Shown: one piece after another, positions 1-10,980 of the stretch
How the letters are laid out: each line of letters begins with the position of its first letter
Numbering within the stretch: position 1 is the stretch's first letter
From: Callorhinchus milii
Lineage: Eukaryota
DNA length: 64,000 nt
Assembly (NCBI RefSeq): GCF_018977255.1
Contig: NW_024704743.1
Coordinates: forward strand, 96,784,001 to 96,848,000
Direction: 5' to 3'
Notes under the pieces: generated by a model
Databases searched by the model: none
Told to the model about the DNA's origin: nothing
What the model saw: the letters and a program-made list of their open reading frames with translations, nothing else
Program-made: the position numbers and the translations under genes

Positions 1-654
1 ACATGCATAATGTGGCTATATCGAAATGCAGAGTGAGAGAACACAAGTCGTTCCAATGGGTTGGTCCCCCATCTCATGGGCCCTGGTATAACTGTACTAT
101 TTGCACCATTGTAGTTTGCTACTGAATTGAGAGTGGGGGGTGGGGGGGAGGCAAAGAGAAATTCCACCTGGAACTAGACATGGAGTTTTTCCAGAGTATT
201 TGAGATCTACAGAAAATTGGCTTCAAAATTAAGGCAGAATTTGTGAATTGTTCAAAATTTGCATGTTCTGAAATGCAAATAAAAAAAGCTGCTCCAGTTG
301 GTGGCAAACTGAACCCATTCAATAACACAGAATGACTATCAGGTATGATTAAAATCAGCATTTCGTTCAGTTGGAGTTATCGGGCTTGCTCATGTTAACC
401 GACAGCCATGAATAATCAGGTTGCAAACTATAGTACTATACTTGGTGAAACTGAATGTCCTTCATATCATTTCCCCTCATGTATTCCCCTAAGGGCCTCA
501 ACATATATAAATACTAAGCTAAAGGCTAAGTGGCAGAAGATGACAAGACATCAAGAAACATTTTTCTCCATTATGTTAGTATTGCTAACAGAAACATTGC
601 ACTGCTAAGTCTTCTGAAGGGTTCCCATAAGAAGAGGTCAACGTACTGTGAAAT

Positions 655-860
655 CAAACTGCAAAATGCTGAAATCTGCAACAGGTCGATCAGCATCTGA
701 AAGGTAAGTTATTGTTTTCAGGGGACCTTCCATCAGTTCAGATACATTAAGAGACATGTATATAATGCTAGCCTCTTTCCTTTCCAGATGTCATTTGGTC
801 TGGTGTGAATATCCAGCCATTTCTGGTTTTATTTCACGTTTCCAGTGTCTGCAGTTGTTC
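655..860. mobile_element. Decayed inverted-arm element, possibly a Penelope-like terminal-repeat remnant
   Basis: Left arm aaatgctgaaatctgcaacaggtcgatcagcatctg is loosely complementary to right arm cagatgtcatttggtctggtgtgaatatccagccattt. Family assignment is from memory. Confidence 0.4.
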
Positions 861-3269
861 TTTCTATGTTTAGTTTACCGATGGGAACATTATTATCTGT
901 GATTCATACTTCCCTTTAACAATTCTTCCCATTCTTCTGTCAAAATGAATGGGTAAAATATTAAATAATAATCCTTGCTTTTGATATAGCACCTAAAATG
1001 CTGAACCCTCTCAAAATGCTTCATATTTGTTGTAAAGTGTAGTAACTGTAAGTGTAACCTGTAAGGGTAGCCAAATGGCACACAAAGCAATATCCCCAAA
1101 CAGCCAGGATGTAAATGATCAATTTCATCTGAAAAATTGTTGGCCAGGACACAAGAAGAGACTTTCTTCTCTTTTCCAATAGGGATCCACCTGAACAAAT
1201 AGCCAGGACCTCAGTTTAATGTTTAGTTCAAAGATGACACCCCTGATAATGCAGCTCTCCTCAGCACCATACTACCATGTAAACCCCAGAATGTGAGCTC
1301 AAAATCCTGACGTGGAGATTTGTGAGGTTATGGAGCCTGGGATTTATTAATTGAAATAGCTTGGAAGGTTGAGCCAAGAAGGTCTGGTAAGAATTGATTT
1401 TAGTTTTGCTATGTTAGTTAAGTTAGTTAGTTAAAGGAAGGTGTTTTGTTAGAGTTAGTCTACAATTTTTTAAAACCAAATTTGTTGTGCTAATTCCTAC
1501 GTTCATTTCAAAAGCCACCAGCTGGGTAATATTGGTAAAATGACTAAGGGTTTACAAGAGAAGTTCAGATAAAGAAAGCCATTTTGCTCTGCACCAGCCT
1601 ATTTTCATATTTTTNCAGCTTTTTGAAATCCCATCCAGCTCTTTTGGCAATATCGCAAATTAGACAGCTTTTGACATTCGCAAATGAAAATTGCAATTAG
1701 CACATCAAATCCAGATTGCTAATATCACAGATTAGACTGCAAAGTTGAAACCATGTGGCAGTAAAATACCTCAATATGCAGAAGGAGGTTTTGAACAATT
1801 TAGTTCATGTTCAAAGTTGTGCTTTAAAATTACAGAACACCTGAATGCTTTTCTATACTAATTTATATCTGTAATGATATAATTATAATTTTGCAAAACA
1901 CAGCACAAGCGCCATCTGGTGCATATGCATATGAGAGGAGGGGAGAGAAAATGACTTTTATGACCATTTTGTGACTATTCTGTGACAATTATTCAAGTTA
2001 AAGGTACATTCCATGCCATAGTCTGTAAAACCATTAATCACACCCCAACTGTATTCTTTACAGAATTTCTTATTAAAGTCACAGCCTTTGGTTTTCCTGA
2101 ATGCTGATTTACTGATACAGCTGCCCTTGGTGTTCCACACTGGGCCCAGCATTCCTCTAGTGGCTAATTATAGCAACACTAGATGTGTGTAAACAGGGTA
2201 AAATGGCGGGAGATTGTGCTCAGGGATGATTCGCCTGAGCTTAGTTCTACTCTCAGCATTCCTACCCCTAAGAAACTGGTGTTAAAATCTTTTCATGAAT
2301 GCGGATTTAAAAAAAAGGCCAATCAGGCCTGCTGAAAGCCATTACATGAGCATTTCAAGCTACATTGCACAGCTGAGGGAGTTACGGAATACTGAACAAT
2401 AATTCCAAGTCCAAGGACCTCCCCTTGCTGGAGAGGGAGGAGAGGGATAAGATTTGGCCTCCTCGGGACTGAACTAGCTCCACATTGATATGACTAGCTA
2501 TGGAATATCAGAATTTAATCAATCTTCTGTACCGAACTCAGTAATCCGGTTCCTGAATCAGGCAGGTCCACTGTACTCCAACAGTATGGCTGATGACAAC
2601 CCAGCCAGCCTGGCTCACCGGCAGGAGGTGGAGGGACAGACTGATCATTGATGGTGGGGGAGGATAGGGAAGGGAAGACAGGGAAGGGAAGACAGGGAGG
2701 GGATTCCTCCCACTCGGGTCCTGTTAATTCTGCAAGCCAAAGCCGAAATGGGTAGGATTGTCCTAGCTGGACATGCAGCAGAAAGCTTGCCAGACAGTGT
2801 TCATAACCCTAACTTATGTAGGTTTAGCTGGTTAAACTCAACCAGTATCTCCAATACACACTAAGGGGTCCCCAAGCCTTGCATCTGGACAACCTTTGCC
2901 TAAGCCTTTCCAGGATTAAGTGAGCCTGGTGTGTCCCTCCGGAGATAGAGTATGCATTCCATTCCAAACAGAAATTTCCATGGATATGTGCAATCAGCAG
3001 TAGTTTGGTTTGGATGTTCTTATACTTGGCATTGGGTTTCCATGAGTGTCAGATACCTGGCTGACAAAAAATATTTCCAAATCAGATCCGGAGTCAATGA
3101 TATTCATGAATGAGAAATATTTCAAGCAGCAGCATAGCAGTGAACAGTGCAGAAGTTTTTGGCCGTGAGCACACATGTAGGAGGAAGACAGAGAGAAATA
3201 TTTGTGGTCAATTTAATTATTTTATACTCCCACAAACGTTCTCTCAAAACATTATCTCTGCTAAATGAA

Positions 3270-3545
3270 CTCATGGGAACATAGTAAACAGGAGGAGGCC
3301 CATTCAGCCCATCAAGCCTGTGCCACTAGATTATTACTCCTTTTTTTCAAGATTATTAAATCTTTTACTCCCAATTACCCAAGCATCCATCTACCTCTCT
3401 TTCCAACATCCCTATTGATTCCACCTCTACAGCTTTCTGGGGCAGAGCATTCCACATCATCACAATCCTCTGTGTGAAGAAATGTCTCCTGACCTCGGTC
3501 CTAACTCTCTTAGCTTTGATTTAAGGCTAAAATGGAAGTACTGAA
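3270..3545 (-). mobile_element. Decayed CR1 3' fragment (smaller remnants at ~5680-5880, 6760-6900, 12240-12300, 35780-35897)
   Basis: gaacatagtaaacaggaggaggcccattcagcccatcaagcctg...ggcagagcattccacatcatcacaatcctctgtgtgaagaaatg. Confidence 0.6.
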
Positions 3546-6500
3546 ATACTGTATGGCTATTCGCTGCAATATGCTGTATTGACATGCACCTCAGCAGACA
3601 AGTCACTGCAGGCTGTGAGACAGGTGCCAGAGTCTTACTTTGAGTGAGATGTGCAAATGGGCACTGACCACTATTTTCCAATAAACATGTTTAGATTCAT
3701 TAAACTGCTATCTGACATCCCTGTTTAGTGCTTCCTGTATATCCCATACTGTACCACTCTCAACCAACAAAGACCACAGAATTCATGACCTTGAAGTCCA
3801 GCTTCTTTGTAGCAATGTCACAGGAATGGGGAGGTTTCACCAGTCACCAGCTAAATATAACTTGCACCACACATTTCACTCTGTTACGTTAAAAAAATTT
3901 AAATTGTTTTCATCAGTTTAACTTATCCAGTTCTAAATTGTACACTTTTTTGTTGGTTGATGAAATTAGTGATCTTGGCTGAAATGGCATTGGGACTTCC
4001 TGTCAGATCTCCAAATCCCTAAGATAGTGTTTATGTCCTCAATAACATATCGCTATAGTTGGTGTCTCCACTAAATCCTGGGGCCTTCCCCTACACCCCA
4101 CCATCACCACAGATATTCTAGTCACATTCCACCCTGTGGACAAGCATTCCCAGGGCATCCTCCAAATATAAAAATTTCATGCATTCCGCCTCTTTCAATA
4201 TAAAAATGCATTTGATATAGGGTCTTTCATGTTGGGTGTCTCAAAGCGCTTCACAAAGATACTGTTATGTGTATTAACTGTATATTTTATATATCTCTCA
4301 ACTGGATTTTTTAAGGAGAACAACACAAGATTGGAGATGGGTCATTACAGGTTACTGCAATTTTGAAACACTATTAGAATTTCACTTCTTAGAAATGGCA
4401 TTTAAAAATTAAATGTTCCTCGAACTAAAGATATATTTTCAACAATCAGAGGAATATTGGTCCCTCTGTGTGACTCTTTGCACTGCACTTGTCAGTGTTC
4501 AGAGAGAGAGGGTATCTGTTCTGTGAAAATGTGTATATCCCTAACTGACACTGGAATAATTGCCATTATATCTCTCTAGGTTTAGTAATTTCCAGCACTT
4601 TCAAATATGATTGAACCATACCAATAATCCCTATCTGTAGTATGCTATGAAGTACAATTGAAGCAGTCTTATGCTTCAGACTGATCCTCCTGTCAAAAAA
4701 TCCTCAGGTACCATATCATCAGTCAACTGCCGTTTGCTTTTATTTTGTTTAAATCTTTTTTTTGAAATCACTAAACAAATAGGATTGAAAAACAATGGAT
4801 GGTCATAAACAAATTAACTCTTCCAGGACCACAGAAGAGTTTACATAGCCAGTCACTGTTGTGCACATTTGTTTGGCAGTGCTCTTTCTGTTGCATCATT
4901 ACAATTCTTCTGTTTTAATGCTGTTCATTCACTAATGTTTGGCAAGACTCAAAACATGAACTTAGATGTTTCCTCTGCAGTCTGAATTTCAGGGGGAATT
5001 GTCTTCACTGGTGTTCCTTTAAGAAAAGCTGCTCGCTGATTCACACAGACTATACGCCATGAGTTAACAACCCACAAGTGGAGATCCTGCATAAGATAGT
5101 GGCGATGCGCCCATTGAAATCTATTGCTTCCCCTGTTCCAATATCAGTTAAAACTAGGCTTGGGTTTCAAGCTCCCAACAGTCAGTTCAACAGTCAATTC
5201 TCTCTTATCCATGTTCTCCCAGTGGTCTCATGGGGGAGTGGGGGTGTGGAGAGGGGGAGGGTGGGAGTGGAGCCGAGGACTAGAATCAACATTGTTGGAA
5301 TATATGGGACAATTTCCAAACTTTTTCAGCTTTTTACCTTATGTGAGAATTTATCCCTCATCGGGGGAATCGTTTCTTACCATGCTTCTTAACAAGTCCT
5401 TTGTGTTCATTAATTATCGTTGCAATTAAAACCTGCAAATTTCACCTGTTACTGCGTAATTCACCTAAATGTCTACCTGGCTCACTCAGTTGGTCACAAG
5501 CTGACGTCTGAGTCAGAAGGTTGTGCGTTCAAGCTCCACATTAGGACTCTGAGCTCACAGTCCAGGATGACACTCTTTTGCAGTGCTGGGGATGCCCTGC
5601 ATTGTGGGGAGGTGTCATAATTCACAGGAAGTCCATTCAGTTCACCTTCCACCATCCTGGCAGTCGCATGCACACTTCGTGTCCCAAACTATATACTGCA
5701 GTATATAGATATTATTTCCTAGCAGAAATCTATCTAATTTCGACACTTTCTGCTTCCTTTGTCTCCCAAGGGAGCCTGTTCCATAAATTTATTACTCGAT
5801 CACTGCAGTGTTTCCACAGCATTGTTTTGAACTTACCCCCTTTTCAGTTGCAGACCTTTTACCTCTCCCTTGTTCTGCGTCCAATCTCATTTCTGTGAAG
5901 CACTCTGGGATTTTACACGACTTGAAGGGCGCTGTATAAATGCAAGTTGTTGTTGTTGTCAATGGGTGGGAATAATTGATACCCTTAATGGAGTTATCTA
6001 GAATTTGAGGAAGCTACAGATCGCAGACCTAGTAATAAGGGCAGATTTTCAAGACATGTTTAAACTACATTTTTCCGACCATGTGATTATTGCCACATTA
6101 CATGCTGCATTTTCCCCACCACACCCATGTAGAGCTTATTTTCCATCATTCTGACATGTCTGTCAACAGCGTGTTTTTAAGAGAAGCTGATACTGTATTA
6201 AGTATGCTACAGAATCTAGAAAACATTGAGAAAGGTGCGGTATCACATTATTAATAACAGGACAGTTTGGAATTGCTTCAAATATGCTTAAAATATGATG
6301 TTTACACTGAGTTCTCCAGCAGATAAGAATGGTTAGCAGGTTGACGTTTATTATGCTGAAAACAGTCTGAAATGCTATACACTCAACAGGAAATGACACT
6401 GAATAAAACAGGCTGTTGCAGGAATGAACAGAAATCTTTTTAACCGCAGTAAATGTAATATGCCACATACAATTTTAAGATAGTTGATTTGTTTACTGAA

Positions 6501-8081
6501 TAAGCTGCGTTCATAGCTTACTGCCTCTTCAACCACATTTATAGTCACCTCTCCCTCCCCATTCTGCCTTGCTTGGTGTACAATCCCATCACTGTATAAT
6601 GCTCCAAAACACTATGTGTGAAGGGAATTGTATAAATTGAGTTGTTGTTGTTGTACTGTATTGAGAACAATAAGCTTTAATGAAGCAGTTGCAGTTTTGG
6701 GATCAGATTTCACGAAACACAAGGTTAGTTTGGATGAAGAAGGGTTTTCAACCTATCTGATCTCATCCCTCACTACCTCCTATCACCCTACTGTCCTCCC
6801 ATCACAGCATCAAGCTGTTCTTTAAATGAGTCCATCGTCCTGGCCTCAACTACCCTTCCTGTCAACCTGGTCCCGTCATTAATTACCCTCTGAGTCAAGA
6901 AAATCACCCATTTGAATGAGGGCTGCACATGATAATACATTGAATGCATTCTGGATCTGTCACAGGTAAGGAATACATCTGATTAAGTATTAAATTACTG
7001 ATTACATGGGAAGCATGGAATAATTTCAGGCCATCTACTGATTGAAAAGCTCTATATAAGCACAAGTTGTTGTTGTTGTTGTTGTTATCTATCTCTCTAA
7101 TTCTATGAGGGAGTTGGGAAAAGCCTTTAATCCAGCTGCAGAGAGCACGGTTTTCAAGTTTCTTCGCCAGAGAGGGGCCTAAAAAGGATTTCTTAAATAA
7201 AACTGCAGATGTAATAGCTCAGAATGAAAATGTCCATTCATTCCTGATATTAAAACAAAAGCGATGACAACTCAATTCTGAAGGAAGAAACCATTTTCCT
7301 GAAGTCAGGAGGTGATCAGCCCTAAAGCTGTCTTTACGGACAGTTTTCAATCAATAAATCCTTAAATATCCCTGGAGAGAATTAAGGAATGAAATGTTTA
7401 AGAATGCCACAGTTTTGATCCCTTATATATAAAATATGAAAGAATTATGGTTTCCTTACTGATATGAATGCAAATAAATAAATACAAAGGCCAAGTTTGC
7501 CACACATATATAGGACATTGAGCTGGAACATTGAAAGAAGATGTGGAACACTGCTGACTGATGTCTTCTGTATTACATTGAAGAAAGACTATCACATTAA
7601 ATACTTTTGTTCTCTTTTCACTCATATTTAATTTGCTAAGAGAAAGTTGCAATCCTTTAATCTGCACTGGTCATTTTAACATTTATTTTCTGCCTATTGG
7701 TAAATTTGCTCATGTTCTCCATTAAAATTGGACTCTGCCATATTCGGACAATTAACGGACAAGCGGAAAATAATCCTTCATGTTTTTGAGTCTGCCGGGA
7801 TCCCACATATCATAGGGATTCCCTGTGTGCAGGAAAAGCCCACTTAAAATTTGCCCTACACAGGAGCAGTCCCTCTCATCACTTGTCTGAATTAGCCCTT
7901 TCAAAAGACCTCCAAATCAGGATCAAAGGTCTGGAAAAATACACTTATTTCCTGAATGAAGCAGTCTGAATAATAAATAGCTATGAAAAGTGGCTACGAA
8001 ATCTATTGTTTTACTTAGTAAAATAGCACCGCAATTGCAATGTTCCCATATTTTATCTAGTCACGGTATTTTGACTCATAA

Positions 8082-8688
8082 GGCCTGAAATTTCACCTGT
8101 AAGCCTTAGGCCATCTTAATTTTGCCATAAATGTTAAGATTTTGTTGAATTGTGACACATTTCTTAAGTTCACTTTAAGTTGTGGAGTCCTGTAGCTCAG
8201 TGATTAGAACACTCACCTCGCAAGCGAGAGGACCTGGGTTCGATTCCCAGGCAGAGCAAAACGTTGGGCAAGTTTCCTTCCTCCACACGCCTTGTTTACC
8301 TAGCAATAAGTAGGAACCCAGTTGTTGGTCGAATGGCGGATTGCTTTTCTGGGAGTAATAATCACTCGAGATAAAAAAATATTGCCACTCAATCCACGAC
8401 TGTGTACACACATTATTGTGCACAATTGGCTACCGGGTTTCACCTACAAAATATACAGTCAATTCACTTTATTCAGTGAAGCAATTTGAGACATCTGGAA
8501 GACATTATAAGGCACAATATCAAATGCAAGGATTATTATTATAAGTTTAGATATCAGTATTCCACACTTCTTACAAAGAATAATTAAGAGTGAATTTAAG
8601 ATTTTTAAGAATTTTCCACAATTCTGCACAATGTTAAATATGAGCACTAAATGGTCTCACAAGCTAAAATGAGGTTGAATTTTGGGCC
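8082..8688. mobile_element. Palindromic MITE-like element interrupted by a SINE
   Basis: Termini GGCCTGAAATTTCACCT and AGGTTGAATTTTGGGCC; imperfect complementarity continues ~90 bp inward. Confidence 0.55.
8184..8542 (+). mobile_element. tRNA-Ala-derived SINE, long variant (Deu-like core, L2-type tail)
   Basis: Head GGAGTCCTGTAGCTCAGTG with A/B boxes (GGTTCGATTCC); core gtgcacaattggctaccg; tail atcaaatgcaaggattattatt. Confidence 0.85.
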
Positions 8689-8694
8689 AATAGT

Positions 8695-9030
8695 TTAGGC
8701 TGATACTCCAGCACATTAATAGATGAGTGCTGCAATAACAACAACAACTCACATTTATATAGCTCCCCTCATGCAGGGTAGCGTCCCAGAGCACTCTGTT
8801 GGAGGTGCCATCCTTCAAATGAAGCATTAAACTAAGGCCCCGGCTACCTTTTCAGGTGCATTCCATAGCACAATTCAAAATTCCTCGAAAGGAGTTTCTC
8901 CTGGTGTCCCAGCCAACAATCCTCTGAATACGTTCATCATTCACTTTATGGCCACTTGTGGGACATTGCTGTGCGTGAATAGGCAGCCACATTCACCTAC
9001 AAATGTGCAGTTATCTGTGAAACACTTCAA
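8695..9030 (+). mobile_element. Older Deu-domain SINE, interrupted by a short minus-strand L2-type tail at ~8735-8795
   Basis: ctgttggaggtgccatccttcaaatgaagcattaaactaaggcccc...tgtgggacattgctgtgcg. Confidence 0.65.
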
Positions 9031-9034
9031 CGTT

Positions 9035-9425
9035 ATAATTACTTTATAACACTCTTTTCATGTCAAGAGGACATCTCAAAGTGTTTACAGGATTTACTGT
9101 AAAGTGTATTTTACACAAAGGTGGCAGCACAGCAATGTCCCATAAACAGTCATGAAGTGACTGAGCAATTTTACCTGGAAGATTGTTGACCGTGACAATA
9201 GGAGAAACGCCTTTCTTTTTCAAATATGCTATGGGCTCTTTAATGGCAATCTGAGCAGGTGACGGGACCTCAGTATAACATTTCATCTGAAGGATGGAAC
9301 CTTCAACAATACACTTCATTGGAGTGTCAGCCGAGACTGTGAGCTAGGCTGAAAGTCCCTCTGTGGGGCTGGAACCCATAACCTCAATAGAGGCAAGTGT
9401 ACTACCAATTGAGATAGGCTGACGC
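9035..9425 (-). mobile_element. Older Deu-domain SINE (SacSINE1-like)
   Basis: Reverse complement has a tRNA-like head (tcaattggtagtacacttgcctct...ttatgggttccagcccc) and Deu-like blocks (ttccatccttcagatgaaatgttatactgaggtccc; tttatgggacattgctgtgc). Confidence 0.7.
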
Positions 9426-10619
9426 CTGACTAACAATAGGATTACAGTCAGCTTCAAAAATACAGATTCAAATCAATCTGATTTCAAACTATTGCAGCCT
9501 CTAATAGTTCAACAGCACAGCCGTGTTTTTGGCTATGAGGAAGCATTGTAAGAGAGCCAAGGATTCTGAAATCCTGGAGGAGGAGCTGGGCTTGTACCTG
9601 GCAGAGAAGTTTCTTCTTCTGGATTTTCTGACTTAAATCTCCCCCTGCTTCCTTCACTGCTCTACCCCCCAGCCCATTTGTCAGGCTGGTAATTTGATAC
9701 TATCAGAGCCATAAAGTAGCTCAGGGCAGAGGTGAGTGTAAATGCTGGGGAGATCCAATTCAGTTTGGATCAATTCAAGCCAAATTGAATTCATTCTCCA
9801 AGTGTAAATTGGTATCAGCCTTCCAAATATTTTCCAGGTTATGTTCCATCTGTTTATAACATTGTGTATCAGCTTGCAGTGATGTTTTCCAAACTGTTCA
9901 TGTTTCTTTTTAAGCTGTTCTGCAGCTTTTTGAGGAGATTTGAAAGTATTCCATGATCACTTGCTGCCCCGTTTCCTTTTAAAAATGTTTACACCCTTAT
10001 CATGTTTGAAATGCTAAATGCAGGTTAAGGGCACAGCCAGTTCCGTCAGATCTAATACAGCATGTTACAAAAGAGATTTGCGTCAACTGGATAAATAGAG
10101 AAGAGATAGTTTACAAAACTCCCATTACATTTTACACTAAACTCAGTACGGTCTGAAGCACTTGTCAGAATTTTTTGTGAAGGATTTTGTCAAACCATTC
10201 TTCATAGGAGTTACCACCTGGCCAGTTTTTAATCGGCCTAACCAGGCTCTGTACTGCCTGGTCGGTTGCCAGTGAAAAGATTTAATGTGTCTGTTTTCTT
10301 ACAGTGATCATCCCGGGACACATGCAGGTCTCTCTCTCTCTCTCTCTCTCTTCCCACCTTCCCCCCACCCCACTCCCCACCACATGCATTGCATACACTG
10401 CCTTTACCAAGATGGCTACCCATCCCATCACCATTTATCTCTGGCATTTCCATGTGTAGGTAGGATCCATGGGATTCTCAGTTTGGTTTGGATTTTCTTA
10501 AGCATGTTGATGGGTCAGATACCCGGCTTTATCCACCCCTTTACACAAAGTTAAAGATAATAAAAAATAAACCACCCTTATCTGGAGATGTTTGATGTCT
10601 TATTCTCTTTTTATATATT

Positions 10620-10980
10620 AATAATCCTTGGACCTTATCTATTTATCACAACATCAAAATGTCTTAAAGTGTTTCACAAGACTTGTATTGTATATTGTAG
10701 CAGCTATATTTTGTAGGCAACTGCAGCACTCAATTTGTGCACAGTAATATCCCGGAAACAGCCATGGAGTGAATGACCAATTTTTTTTATTAGGGAATTG
10801 TTGATCAGGACACCTGGAGAAACACCTTTCTCTTTTGAAATAATGCCAGGGAATCTTTAATGTCCACCTTAATAGGCAGACAGGACTTTGGTTTAACATC
10901 TCATTCAAATCAGCACCTTTGTCAATGCAGCACAGCACTGAATTGGAGAGTCACCTTAGACTGTGAGCTCAAAATCCAGA
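10620..10980 (-). mobile_element. Older Deu-domain SINE (further decayed copies at ~1060-1315 -, 5478-5620 +, 12535-12780 +, 19275-19490 +, 20093-20240 +, 21965-22392 -, 53113-53520 +)
   Basis: Shared blocks gaatgagatgttaaaccaaagtcctgtctgcc and agattccctggcattatttcaaaagaga. Confidence 0.65.
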
